Positions 1-13,114 of a stretch of 64,000 nucleotides of DNA are shown one piece after another. Within the stretch, counting starts at the first letter, position 1; each line of letters opens with the position of its first letter. Made by a program: the position numbers and the translations under genes. Below the pieces are notes generated by a model. It ran no database searches. It worked only from the letters and a program-made list of their open reading frames with translations, and was not told where the DNA came from. The DNA lies in the NCBI GenBank assembly GCA_051530055.1, contig CM121342.1, forward strand, positions 13,841,480-13,905,479, given 5' to 3'. This DNA comes from Neoechinorhynchus agilis (Eukaryota; Animalia; Acanthocephala).

Positions 1-557
1 TGATTGGCATTATCGTACTTTACCCTACGGTTATCGACTTGGACGAAGAAACTGGAAAAGAAGTGAAAGATGTGATTTTTATTAAACAAATGGTACATAA
101 CGCTTGTGCGACAATGGCTCTAGTTCACGGTTTGATCAATTTCGACGGACCAAAGGGCGGCCTCGTAGATGAGCTAAAGGTTGCGATTACTGATTTGGAC
201 CCAGAAAAAGCAGGAGAGATGTTAGTGAATATATTCAAAAAGGCACACAATGAGTTTTCGATGGGTGCACTTGGTAATCCTGCTTCAGAGCATGATATGG
301 CTACAGATCTTCATTTTGTCACCTTCATCGTAAAGGGATCGAGGCTGTATCAGTTGGATGGCCGGAAAGCTGGACCGATTGATAAGGGTCCATCGAGCGA
401 ATCCGATCTTTTATCGGTTAGTAAGCATAATTTGGAGATTAATAATATGTATGCATTCCTGATTTAGGACGCCATAAAAGTTATTAAGAGGGACTTTCTT
501 AGCAAATTGGCACCTAACGAGTGCCGATTCAGCTGTTTGGCTTTGGTGAAAGAATGA
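1..557 (+). CDS. UCHL3: Ubiquitin C-terminal hydrolase, UCH-L1/L3 type (peptidase C12); 5' end lies outside the window
   Basis: Frame reads IGIIVLYP...IFIKQMVHNACATMALVHGLIN (catalytic Cys), DLHFVTF (His) and YQLDGRK (Asp). A 51-nt GT-AG intron at 417-467 joins to DAIKVIKRDFLSKLAPNECRFSCLALVKE* (TGA 555-557). There is no long C-terminal extension, hence the L1/L3 class. Confidence 0.93.
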
Positions 558-1133
558 AAACGTTAGATAGTAAAAGTCTTTTCTCTGGATTGTTATCAAT
601 TCATTAGCGTCGTATCGGATGTTATGATTACATTTCAATTACGATTTTATATCTTTAGCGATCATACAATTTAGAGTAAAGTAAAAAAAAGCGTTCGTCT
701 TGTTTTAAATACTCCCTTTGATATTCATTAAAATAAAGGGTGTTTTAAAATGAATCAAACTTGAGTAATAAAAAATTAATTTAATTATATTACATATTCT
801 ATAAGTGAACTTTCATGCAAGAAAATAGTCAAAAATTGTTTCATTTTTGAAAATGTGGCGATATTTGTGCTGCCAATTTTAGAATAGAATTCGAGTCGTG
901 ACAACTGAACAAAAAGGTATGCAGAAATCTAACCTAGGGCGCAACTTGTTTTTAATTATGGGAAAACGAAAATCTGAAGGGTGCTAGTTTTTGAGATGTG
1001 GGAAGCAAATAATCTTCTAATCCGTTCCGGCACACGCACACACCAAGCGATCCATCAATATCTATGTTTTTTGTGCTGATAATTTTCTGTTTTATGTCGT
1101 GTACCTCTCTGGATCGGCCCATTTATTGCCTCT

Positions 1134-2760
1134 TTACCTAGTGATCGGAATCTCTACCACTGACTTTGATCCTGATCGTAGTTCAGTTCTCATGGCCGAA
1201 CTGATGTTCGAAACCTCATTGTGGTCTAGCAGAGGAACCTCAATCATCAGCTGACCGTCGGAGTTAAGAAATGCCTGCAGTTTTCTGACATCCACCGTCG
1301 GTGGCAATGTAACATCCTTATAGAAATACATTCTGGATGAACGACCGGTTTTATCGACGAAATATCGCTGGGCTTCCACCTTCAAAAGATTGGTACCTTC
1401 AACCTTTATACTAATGTCTTTATCACCGTAATCAGTTGCATCCAGGTTCATAATGACCATTTTGCCGACGATTCTGGGGGAAAATGCACTTCTAAAAAAA
1501 GTGTCATAATTGTATTGACTTGCGGTTGGCTGAGAGAACTGTCTACTTTGTGAAGATTGAATCTGCGACTGGGGCGAACTAACACTAGACGGTTGAGAGC
1601 GCATCGGAGCAGCTTCATTTAAAGCAGCAGCAGCAGCATTGTTGTCCACTACTTGAGATCTGAAAGCTCGAAATGTTCCTGTCGTTGGCGATCGAAGTTG
1701 ACTCAGACTACTGGTCGCACATTGATTCTCACAATCGACTCCCGGGTAGAACCAATGACTTACTACGGTTATCCTGCATACTAGAATAACGCTCATAATT
1801 AGGATGTTGGGAAGATATTTGGGAAGGATAAGTAATAAAGGAAGACATATTTGACCCTAAGGGTTGTTGAATAGCTGTATTGCGGGTTGGCAATGTCGAA
1901 GCAACTTGAATATTAGGGCTTCTTGAAGAAGATATCTTCCTTACGACTTCTTGTTCGCGGCATGTTTTGGATACTGACGGATAATAATAACGACCAAGTC
2001 GAGGCGAAGTATTTAAAGAAGAGTTACCTATGGTACCACTTCCAATGCCCAATTTGTCATGACTTATCAATGAAGGGGAGTAAAACGTGAAATTTTGAAT
2101 AAAAAGTCGTTTAGAAGCGAAACGGTAACATTACGTGGATATTCAACGCCCTCCAAGGTTCTGAATATAGGGGATCTTTAGACTCTGGATGATTTTGCGG
2201 TAAGCTTCCATATATTTATAAACTAAAATGTTTTTCCTCAAGCTGTGTTGACAATTAGAACGAGGAAACAGCATGGGCAAAAGATCATTTAAAAGAGCGG
2301 GATCTGAAATTACCACCATAGCAAGCACAGGAACCACGAACAAAAATTAGTCAGGGGTTGTCTTTGAAAAGAAGATAGGATTCTCCGCAACCTTCGAAAA
2401 GTCTTGGCTTACGAAACTCGTGGATCCCGACGGAGGCACATTAGGTAATGCAGGAAACTCGATAACCATCGTTTTGCTGTCTGGGTGATAGACGGACATA
2501 GCCTTTCGGTCGACGTCTGCTGGGATTTCATACGATCTTTCCATTCGCTTGCTTGACTGGCATCCAGAACTAAGGGCTTCTTCTCTCAGCGCACTTACAT
2601 GCAGTTTTCGGTTTTCAACCCTTACGCCGATTTGGTGTGGTTCGAATCCGTCTGTATTGATTACGATTCTAAAGCTGTCTCCTGCGCCTGCGCCAGATCC
2701 ATGCACCCATTGAACAGTGTCAGGTAGAAAGTTCATCGTCTTCTGATCTTTGATGCTCAT
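1134..2760 (-). CDS. Small heat-shock protein with two alpha-crystallin (HSP20) domains and an S/Q-rich linker; multi-exon, 5' end uncertain
   Basis: Domain 1 in ORF 2347-2760 (FRIVINTDGFEPHQIGVRVENRKLHVSA...MERSYEIPADVD...MVIEFP). Domain 2 in ORF 1134-1796 (MNLDATDYGDKDISIKVEG...FYKDVTLPPTVDVRKLQAFLNSDGQLMIEVP). The intervening ORFs 1729-2070 and 2143-2343 are joinable by short GT-AG introns. An acceptor (ttacag) sits immediately before 2760. Confidence 0.85.
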
Positions 2761-3313
2761 CTGTAAGATTACAGCTATTGATATAAGTTACTTTTACGGA
2801 GCATCGTAAAAGCTGTATAAGATATTGTTAGAAAACAGAAGGCGGCTTTTACGTTCAATGCTGCCTGTAAAGCCTTTTTGTGTGATATCTCGATTTCCTC
2901 CTTTCCTCTGTACTCAGTTTGATGCAACGATTCCAGCCGAAAAATTGTCAATTAAACCAGACACCTTACTATTTCCTCAGCCGACATTCTACACGTAAAT
3001 ACTCACATTATACGAAGATTTGACAAGGCTCACCCAGTTCTATTTACCCAGATTTAGGAAATACGTAGATACCCTGGTGCAAGGGTGGCGGATGTGGGCC
3101 TGACGTGGATTTTAGTGTAAAGGAGAATGAATCATTCAAAGCTTATGTATGGAGAAACGCTTGACAAGGCGGCGGGTTGACTAGACTACCTTTACAAAAT
3201 CTTTGGGCAGCTTTAATATTAAAACGCGAAATAAATTGCGGTAGAGTTTAGAAGATGTTTAAATTTATGACGGATACGGGTCATTTAAACAACGATGGGA
3301 AAAATAATTTTCG

Positions 3314-3388
3314 GGTGATGAGAAGAATAAAGATTGATTTAGCAATCTGAAGAAGTCCGACGAGACGGACGCTATTCTTCTCATCACC
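3314..3388. repeat. Small hairpin element with a hammerhead-like core (variant of the palindromic HHR family)
   Basis: A perfect 16-bp inverted repeat GGTGATGAGAAGAATA (3314-3329) / TATTCTTCTCATCACC (3373-3388) encloses CTGAAGA-A-GTCCG-ACGAGA-CGGAC (3347-3370). The GAAA motif is missing. The left flank AAAAATAATTTTCGGGTGATG resembles the tail of the 9.2/10.2/22.3-kb elements. Confidence 0.55.
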
Positions 3389-5763
3389 AAAAAATACATA
3401 TATATGAAGCTAAATAAAGAAAAATAAATTGATTAAAGTTTTACGTAGAGGACCGAATTAAAATCTAATGATTTTTCTTAGCTCGTCTGACCAAAAACAC
3501 ATTGATTATTCTTAGTTGAGATTATTGAGCGAATACTTATTTGATGTTATTGAACAAAAAATCCGCACCATAATGAATATTGTTTTACCGGAGAAGTGCG
3601 AGATGATTGTGCTTCCCTCAGGCTTAGGATTAGCAAATTTAATCGTGGTTAAATAATTTTCAGCGTCTGTATGTGGTCAATTAAATGTAAAAAAGTCGCA
3701 TTAAGCGATTATAAATCGCACCGTGGTTCAAAATACCAATTGGTATTTGATCTCAGCCTCAAAACATGGATCTGTACTTTGATAAAAAATGTTAGATTAT
3801 TGTCACTTTTTTAACAAAGGCTTAATTTCAAATGTTTACATGTAGATTTCCACTCCAGCCAAATGGTACTTTTTCTAATTCCTAGAATTCGACATATTCG
3901 GCATAGCAAAAGTCTCTAGAGATTACATTGTGTGTGGAGCGAACTCTAAGAACGTTTATTTTATGTTGCTATTGAATATCGCACATCGGCACTCGTAGAG
4001 TAAGACTGAGTAATGATAGAATCTAAAAAGCCCATACACATAAGAGATGTCAAAATATTTATGAGTTCCTTCACTGCTGTGACTATATAATGAGTCAAGA
4101 AGTCGCACAGCAGTAAATCTTTTCGAATGTCTCAATTCTAATCGACACACTCGGTATGATATTAATTTCTCCTACCAAGCAATCTTTTATAAAGGAGAGG
4201 AATATAGGCTTGGTAGTTGTGCCTTTCGAATGAAGATTGACACAAAACTGCGTTGACAGTTATGACACTTTTTGATTGAACATCATTCAGCTACCGAGTA
4301 TGGAAACGAGCCTTGGCGACAAATCAGAACAAAAATCCTTTTTAGGAACGCCATGGTGCTTAAAACAAGACGGCGATGTCTTGAAAATTGAACGTTAGTT
4401 ATCATTTACGTTTGATAAATTCTTCGACGAAGAAAGGAATGCGAATTATCAGAGCTTAGATAACGGCGCAAATGCATTAAAACCAAAAATTTGACTGCTT
4501 TGTCTAAGCGATCAATGCAAACAAGCAGTTAAAGATTTGTCTGAGCAATTGAGGCCTAGGTGCAGACTGAAATGATACTGCTAATTAAAATAATTCGAAA
4601 TCATAAAGTCTCTACTAGTTTATCGACCATTGTTATTAAGCTCGATAGGGAATAGCCATCAGATATATTGACGTTAATTGTAAACACTTAGCAAAGTAAC
4701 TCTGTGTTGTTTGTACTTTGGTAAACATAAGCAGTGGGAATTCGTGTCGTAGTATGCAAGGGAAAAGGAAGTGGCGACAGATATTTGTGGGAACTCTGGA
4801 CTGGGAAATTCCGGATCCGAATCTTATGACATACTTGGAATTTCTTTGAGAATTACATTCGGAGGAATCAAATTTTGGTCTTCGGTGAGCTGTCACCACC
4901 CCGAGAATTAAACATTAATCATTAAATTAAATATTTCGGAACTCAGGTACTTGGAATTGTTCAATATTGATCAATCGTTAAAATACAGATGTTTAGATGA
5001 TTTAGGAATTCGTCCTTCAAATGAGAAACTTCTCTGGAGCTTCTTTGACGTGAAAAGCCAGAGCAAATGAATTCAACAAAACTGAGACGTGTGGGATTCT
5101 AGAAAAGAAGTCTTCATCTCAAATCGCCTTGAACAACGAAGATCTCTGAATCGGCGACTTCTTAGTTATTGTGTTGTTACAGTATTACGACCTCGATTAA
5201 TATATACCAAAACAAATTTCATATATTTAAAATGTGCTAATAATGGACAGGTTGAAATTGAATTTTGTTACCCGTTTCAGGACTAATGAAGTGTTTTAGA
5301 TAGCATCTTCAGTCAAAGGTGATAAAGTATTTTATGTAACATTCAGCTGAAGCCGCTTAACCCCCGCCCCGTTCTTTTTTATAAATAGTGTCGATCTGCG
5401 CCGTCTGACTCAATCGAGCATACGCACTTTGCTCCCTATTAACCTCAGAATTCACACTTCTTCCCAAAAATGTAAAATTCACATCTCTTTCTGTGTATTC
5501 TACTGCACTGTTGCTGTTCATATCTTATCTAATTAGAAGACAAAAGATTGATAGGTGTATTTTCCATGAAGATAAATTTATTGTCCTTGCTGCCATGTTT
5601 TTAAAAAAGTTATAATTATACGGCTAAGATTTAGGCCGAATTGATTTGTAATTATTGTCCTTTATACAATTAAATGTTCTACGTTTTTGCTCAAGAGCAT
5701 CCGCACACACAGTTCGCACAAGTTCATGTTTACAAAACTTCATATCTAATTTTGATCAATATT

Positions 5764-8242
5764 CTAACCGGCGAACGAATCTCGTATCTTTGCCACTTGT
5801 CTTTGCAATGTAAATCCAAAACACTTCCAATACCATTGAGGCGAATATCCTCTGAATACAATATCATTATAAGAAATGAAACAAAATTTCAAGCTACCTG
5901 AAATCGACTCGACTCAAATAGGACAAATGCGATCGATCTTTATCAATGGGTCGAATTAGAAACCGCGCCGCCATTGTAACAGCCTCCACTTCATCCTGTT
6001 CATTCTCAGAGCTTCGATATTCGCCCCGTTCCCTTTTATCCACGCTAATCGAAGTACAAACGACAGCGTGATGACCTTCGTTAGACTTTATGCCACTTCG
6101 ACGGCACCTAATCTTTAGTTTTGAACTTTAAGTTTTTTAGAAGTACAAATACAAACCTGAATTCTGTAAATTGTCGGCACGGATGAGGCGCAATATTTCT
6201 TTGTGAATATGCGAAAATCTCGGCGTCCGGTGCAAGTTTCCGCAGGACTGCTCCTTCTAGGTAATCATCATCCCAGAATTTTCTACGATCATATTGCGCT
6301 TTAGTAGTGTGTTACGCGGAAACAAAGCAATAACACGTACCGTTTATAAAGGATAAGATCGAGAATTTTGTCAGGACTTGCTGAAATCTCGGTAGTGACT
6401 TTCCACAGGGGTAATGGGCACCCATCATTCAGTTTTCGGAGAAATACACGAGCTTGGCGTGTGGACGATCGGCTACACGATGTCCATTTTCTCCCTTTAT
6501 TTTGAGACTCCTGTTTTTACTACTTGACAATACCCTGCATCTTGAATAAGAACTTACCTTTACGAGTTCGTCTATACATCGATCTACGAATCGGGGACAT
6601 GAATCCAGAGTGTCGGAAAACCTTGATTTTAACTCGGTCAGTGAGCATGGACTCGTCCATTGACTACATTTAAAACTACAACGTTTCAATAAATGCTGCG
6701 GCACCTAAAGTAATCAATGATTTTTTGGTTTTAAATCTTGTTTTCCGAAAATGAACTTACTAATGATAACTGTTTACAGTTTGAAATTAAAAATGTGAGG
6801 CACAAAACACCTAACTTCTGTTCTTCGACTTCTTTAAACCCATCGCTCAAGTTTTGACGGTTGGCATTAACGAAAAGGGAGTTTTGTTCTGAGAATGAGA
6901 AAATGGTCGGTGCGAAACAAGTTGACAAATTCGGAATTGTCATCTAATTGTAGTCCTTTTTTATTCGGGGGACAAAAAGGAAAGTTATACCTGATGCTGG
7001 CTGCTCTCCTTAGATATCTCATGGAGAAACCATAGAAGGGTTATAAATGTAATACGATTTTCGTCTGGCAATAGGATTAATGCCATTTGCATGGCGTATA
7101 ATTTTTTGTAATTGACCAGCTTGTCTAGACATGACAGATGAAAGTAAGATTCTCTTCTATGAATTACCCACCACTTTCGATCTTAAGAAACAGCGATGAC
7201 AATCGCCGTGTTAATAAAGGTTCTGGCAATTCTCTAAAGAATCTTTTACAAAGATCAGCCACGTCGTAGGGGGATTGAGGAGTCTGTTCATTGTTTTCTT
7301 CACATTCACTCAAAGGATGATTGGGTTCAGAAACGGTTCGCTCAATTACACGATGGCCACTAGAACTGTCGATTCGGCCACTGTACTCGAGAGACGTACA
7401 TAGTCGTTCGATTCTGGATTTGAGCCCGGGTTTTCGAAATATTCCGATGGCTGTCTTGGATTCCTTTATCAGAAATTCCATTGCATCAAGAATGACTTGA
7501 GGCAATGGGTGCCCCCATTCACGTGTAATGGATATCAACGATTTGTTAAAGATGTTCTGATGACGTGAGTGTTGTCTTTTATTCAAGGCAGTGAAATCGC
7601 GACATGAGCTTATGTTTAAACTGTCCGATCGCCGGTTTCGCCGAAGAGTGGTCCGACGTTTGCCCGAGCTCACATAATTTCGGAGATTTCGGCGACTCTG
7701 GTCGTCGTAGAGTCGAGTTACGGACCTTTTTCATGAACGCGAAATGAGAAATGATCACAACATTGGTCACCATACCATAATGTAGATGAAAGATGGTTCA
7801 CTGATGCCGATAAAATCGATCTTAGCTGCCGATTGATATGTTCAACTACGTGTTCACTAACGCAGTTCTCAAGTATTTTGAAATCCGCTGAAATGCCTGA
7901 CTGAGACATGAGAATAGAATTCAGTTCGCAACAAGCTCTCGTCTTTAGAACTTCTATTTGGATCGAAGACATCGATGAAAGTGTATAGCTTTTTAAGTGT
8001 GGCTTAAGCGTAGTCTTTCTTCGTTGAACGCACTTGTGCTCCGCTTGGACCGATTGAACCTTTTGCCATTCTAAAGGTTCACTGACTACTCTGTGCGTCC
8101 CATGAACAAAACCAAAATTCTCTCCTTTGACGGGAACGTTATCATAAAACGAAGTTCGGTATTCAACAAGGCACGGAGACGTGAATGAAGGCGATAATAC
8201 TCCGGTATTGCTACGATGGTTTATAACATTACAACTGGACAT
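5764..8242 (-). CDS. DLC1: RhoGAP-START protein of the DLC1/STARD13/STARD8 (cv-c) family; multi-exon, additional 5' exons probable
   Basis: RhoGAP motifs GHPLPQVI, GIFRKPGLKSRI and QSPYDVADLCKRFFRELPEPLLTRRLSSLFLKI (7164-7673), plus MTIPNLSTCFAPTIF (6731-6943). START-domain exons read by hand: PLPLWKVTTEISASPDKILDLIL (~6350-6420), ARFLIRPIDKDRSHLSYLSRVDFR (~5900-5980) and GYSPQWYWKCFG...VAKIRDSFAG* ending at 5764. Confidence 0.9.
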
Positions 8243-9194
8243 TCTTCACGGAACACTCTGGAATAGAGGATAATCGGTATGTGTGTCACATCATCAACCT
8301 CCATCTCGAGAAGTAATGTGTGGGTGTGATAAAATGTCGTTTGGTGGCGGCAGGGCGGGGAGGAGACTAAGCGTGTGGAGAGACGAAATTGTATGCAAAA
8401 ACTGATACATTGTCTTCAAGCAGAAGGAATAATGTGCAAACATAGTGAAGGATATGGAAACTTTGAAGCCAGAATACGGATTAAACCATCCGGCATTACT
8501 CCTATTTGCCACGAATACCTGGATCCTTTGGGGAAACCGAAAACTATATGCCTTCCGGAACACACAAAAGATCTGATTCTATCTCATGATGAACTAACTG
8601 AGCGCATCAGACAAGCGCAGATCTTAGTATCTTAACTTATTTTTAATTTTTACTATTTCTACATAAAGCGCTCAGATAGATTGCTATATTTCGTTATTGA
8701 AATTTAGTGCGTTTTCCTTAGAGCCCAATCATTGAATGCTGCACAATGTTTGCACCTTGATCGCAAGGTTGACCGTAGACCTTAAATGCAAGGAAGTGTG
8801 TCTTGAGGACATCAGACTTGGCAAACAGATACATTCTTAGTTTAGACATATTGCGAGAATTAATTGTCGTCTGGATATTCCTTTGGGGCACAACGCCCAA
8901 TTGGTTGGCACAATTGTGACCTTTCGCCCTCCTTATAAATTCATTCATAAACAAGCACTTGAATTCTGTAGACTTATTGGTTCCATTAGTTGCATTGAAA
9001 TCTGCCAGCTCTGTTTACCGAGATTTTTTCTGATGCAATAAATATATGTTACTAAAAAATTCTAAACTCAAAAATTTAACTCTACGTGAGTATATTTTAT
9101 AAAGAAAACTTCCTGATTCATCCAATGAAATAGAGCAAAAAATTTAAATGCCGATATATGAGGTACCGGGGCATATCATTATGATTATTGTTAA

Positions 9195-9385
9195 GGCCAT
9201 CGCCCGATAAATATTTTTTATTAAAGACGTTTCGAACCTCGTCGGGTTCATCATCAGTTTGTTAGCTATTGAACTCAAACGTCTTTTAATAAATCGTATT
9301 TTCATAACTAACAAACTGATGATGATGAACTTGACGATGTTCGAAGCGTTTTGAACAAAAAATTATTCAACAGGTGAATACCTAA
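9195..9385. ncRNA. Palindromic element with an intact minimal hammerhead ribozyme on the minus strand and a degenerate copy on the plus strand
   Basis: Minus strand 9260->9223 reads AAA-CTGATGA-T-GAACC-CGACGA-GGTTC-GAAA-C-GTC-TTT. This gives the catalytic core, a 5-bp stem II, a palindromic ACGT stem III and a GUC cleavage triplet at 9228-9226. The plus arm 9305-9385 is a decayed inverted copy. Confidence 0.7.
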
Positions 9386-10209
9386 ACAGCAAATCCAACT
9401 AAGTTTAGAATTATGTACGTTTAAACCAAAATAATATCCAGGGGTCTAACAGCTTTTTCGCTTAGAACAGACTTAATTGCAAAGAATACGAGAAATTATA
9501 AAACCAATTGTAATTAAAACAATATTGTTTGAATGAGCATCAAAAAAAGCCGCAAAATATAGATCAAAGGAATACTTGAACTTCAAGTATTTTAAGATTG
9601 CGTTAAAAAATTATTAAAACTGCCAAAACGTCTATAAGTGCACACTAAAAAACATTTTCAATAAAGACTCTCACATCGCTTTCGACATTTAAGTAAAAGT
9701 CAACTCACCAAATACTTACGTCTGATCTGAAGAAAGGAAAAAGAAATCCATTGTTTGGTGATGATTAATAATTCCTGGTCTAGACTTTCTAGAGATAAAA
9801 TGGGATTACACTTCGAAGCGTTGTACTTATCACAAATCCACAGCCAACCTTTCGCTACTTAGACTTCGGAGAGAAGGAAAATGCATGTTACCTGGCACTT
9901 GGATGACATTTATAGCCCTTTACATAATCCCCGATGGTGAAATATTTTCTAAATATTATTATACAGGCAAGCTGTCAGTATTTTAGCTAGTCTAAAAACG
10001 TTTCCATGTGCGTTATTTCAATTATGCACATTTATTAAGGAAAGCAATTTATGCGCTGAATTAAATTCAGAAACACCCACTTTTCATTGTGCTAATTTTT
10101 TCGAAGAAAAGTAAGGATTTCGGGATACATATTATCTACAAGACATTATATTGCTAGCTAAAATACGCAATTTGGATGAGAAACATAAACAAATTTTCAA
10201 TTAGAATTA

Positions 10210-10332
10210 TTATTTAGGTCTTCGCCCGGTAAATAATTTTTTATTAAAGACGTTTCGAGCATTGTCGGGTTTATTATCAGCTTGTTATTTATTAAAGGAC
10301 GCTTAATGTTCGAAACGTCTTTAATAAAAAAA
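10210..10332. repeat. Degenerate copy of the palindromic HHR element
   Basis: The left arm matches 9195-9260 (cgcccggtaaataattttttattaaagacgtttcga...gtcgggtt...atcag), with the core mutated to CTGATAA. The partial right arm is gttcgaaacgtctttaataaaaaaa. Confidence 0.7.
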
Positions 10333-10899
10333 GGTCATTTCAAGCAAGGTTCGCTGAAAACTGCACTAGTAAAGCGAAGAACAAGAAGCAGTTGCATAAA
10401 AACAAAGCAAAAATGCTTTTTGGTGCTTTAATAATTCCTATGGTGGCCTCAAGATTTTAATGTCGAAAAGCGCTTTTCCTTGGTTTTAATGTTTATTTCT
10501 AAACTAATGGTTTGAAACGACAAAACGATAGATGTCCTAAGCCGTAGATCCGGGGGAGGGAATACGCGAGCAATAGTTAAAGTTATAAAGAATACGGGAG
10601 GTGGCTAACATTTTAAGAATGCGAACTAAGCACGAGATGTGGATTTTTGGTTGACGATCAAGTTGCATGCGCGAGTGAAAAAGATGTAATATCTTCTAGT
10701 AGCATTTACAAGTTTCAGATTAACGACATTAAGTGCCCTCCAGTCATTGTTTGCAGTTGATAGAGGCGGTAAGATGATTGGCTTAAAAAATGAGAGGAGC
10801 AGACGGCACATTGTAGTAGATGAAGTCGTTCCATTTGTGGATGGTTTATGCAAATGACAAACTCAAAGTGGTTTCTGGTTGAGCAAGTATGAAGTATAA

Positions 10900-11296
10900 A
10901 AGCGTGTTGAATGAGGAAAGGAATTTTTAAGACAGTAATTGGTAAAAACATTTTAGAAAAAGTTGATTCGTGTTTCACTACTTTAAACGGCGAAACCCGT
11001 TTTGGTCGCAAGAACTTGTCTCTTTTTTTATTGCTCCAAATAGAAGGAAAAATCATTGTGGCGCAAAAAGGACGCAAGCGACGGTTGAGCTCAACACTGA
11101 ATATTTTGGATGCAAAGTTTTTAGGTCCGGAATATGCTCCAAATGCCTGATGGAATTGCATAATCAAGTTAGTGATGTTAGTAGCGTGTTTATTTTGCCA
11201 CTTACCGAAACTGTCATGCTGATTGATGCCAAGTATAATGGAAGACAAATTAGAAGCCATGCAATGAGGTGCGACCGAAAATATGGAACAAAGCAC
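10900..11296 (-). mobile_element. Possible decayed LTR-retrotransposon (Ty3/Gypsy-like) integrase fragment
   Basis: ORF 10715-11296 contains ILGINQHDSFGKW...KHATNITNLIMQFHQAFG...SGPKNFASKIF...ELNRRLRPFC...LRPKRVSPFKVVK. This is collinear by eye with the rve motifs (LVIVDxFSKW, RFG..DNGPQFTS, ERxNRTL) and the GPF motif, with large deletions. Confidence 0.35.
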
Positions 11297-13114
11297 TGAA
11301 CGTTGTTAGATAAAGGAAATTTGGCTCATTTTTGCCAATCGAAATTTATTTGGCATTAAAATCTGGAAATTTTACTCTGTTTTCAACTTAAGAGCTTGGC
11401 AAACATAGCAGCAAGCGGACAAATATTTGCTTGCCATCGGGGTATTAGCCTCAAATATGATGGAAGCTGACATTATAAACCTTCTGGGATAAAGAATTAT
11501 TACTGTTCTAATGTGTTGCAGCACTAAACCAATGTGCTGAGTTATTAGTTTTAGTCGAAAACAGAGGTCGCTAAAATGATTCAAGATGCGAAACGGTAGA
11601 ATATATCACAATTCATTTTAAAATTCAATTATGATTAGTGTATAGTAAAAGAACAAGAAATGTGTTTCATATGTTTCATATCTTATCCGAATTCTTATTT
11701 CAATATTTAGGTTTTATTTGACATTACCGATCGTAGGTCGATCAAGGAGAAGATAAAAAGTTGAAATAGAAATATTTTAGATTTATAAACATTGCCTATT
11801 CAATAAATATCGTCGTTTAAAGTGTGCTTCACATTGAATTGTAGGCCATGACTGGATAATTTGGCCACGTCGGTGGTTTTCAGCATCAAGCGAAATTGAA
11901 GCCTCCGGGAAAATAACGTTTGATGCCACGACTGCACATTACAAATACCAAGTCCAAATTCCGAGTATTTATCCTACTAATCACGCGTCAATCATTGTCA
12001 AAGCAATCCGTTGCTTTTGTCAAATGTTACTGAGGCACGTATGACTTATTCCAGCCAACGAAGAACGGATTCTGGATTTGTGGGGCCGCGAAGTATCAAA
12101 ATTTTTGACAATTGTAACCAAACTGTTTAATACTTTTTTGAGAGGAAGTATGTCTAAGAACACACACTTCACTCTAAGAAAATCTGTCACACACTTTTGA
12201 ATACATTGTGAAGCATTCAGAACGTTCGTGGTTGAGTGCCCTTTTCTTTTCAGGAGACCGAGTTCATCACTATTGGCCCTGATGATGGCTCACTGATAAC
12301 TCTATCGAAAAAGTCTGATGCGATAATTGAACTTGGCAGAAGACAATAACACGGATTTTTGTCAATGTAAAAAACAGTGCAGTCTAAACATACCAGGACG
12401 ATGATTAACGATAAGAAAAGGAAATAAATCTTTTTGAGATAACTTTGTCAAGAGGTGCTATGGAGACGTGCATAAGAAAATGCCACTTTGGTGATGTTAT
12501 TTTTGACTCACCCAAGTATTCAAAGCTAGCAAAAAACGTAACTCTCGAGTAATTTACTAATCATGGGGAGTTAAAAGTGAATTATAAATAAACTAAAAGT
12601 CAAGGAACAGCGCGCGAGAAACAAAATAATCTTAAATCATAGGAACGCGGACGTATTAGCATTTATACGTAGAACATCAAGTTAAAATCATGGAGCAAAA
12701 AACATTTCCAGCTTTATTGCGACAAAATACGAAGATATTCTTGATATATTGGCAGTAAAAAACGAGCGCCAATCAAAATCAGCATCTGTTGCGTTTTTTT
12801 AACTTGCTGAATAAACGCGGATCGTTTCTTATAATATTATAGATTTAGCAACCGTTTCCATGATTAAAAATTAACGGTGTGAAAAGTGCAGCCAGAACAT
12901 TTGAAAAAAAATCCGCATCACGTTAACTGTGAATTGTCGAATTTGAAAAAAGGACAACGTTTTATAAATTCCATTGCCGGTGGCATTCTTACACAAAGTT
13001 CATCCTGGGATTTGATACAACTTTATTGTCTTCACTCTCTCTTTGACCGGTCCTAGATGACTTTTGAACTTTTGTTTCAGAATATGTACATACAGGCACA
13101 GTGGATACACGGGT

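Noticed and set aside
4290-4560. Possible BEL/Pao pol remnant (FLGTPW...D)
   Set aside because: There is only one weak motif, with no supporting RT, RNase H or integrase sequence.
8375-8635. 86-aa plus-strand ORF
   Set aside because: It lies antisense to the probable 5' exons of the RhoGAP gene, with no recognisable motif or splice context.
10740-10900. HIVVDEVVPF on the plus strand resembling piggyBac transposase
   Set aside because: There are immediate stops and no other DDD-region motifs, and the opposite strand has a better (still weak) integrase-like reading.
12285-12330. CTGATGA...CGAAA hammerhead-like spacing
   Set aside because: The intervening sequence forms no convincing stem II, and stems I and III are absent.
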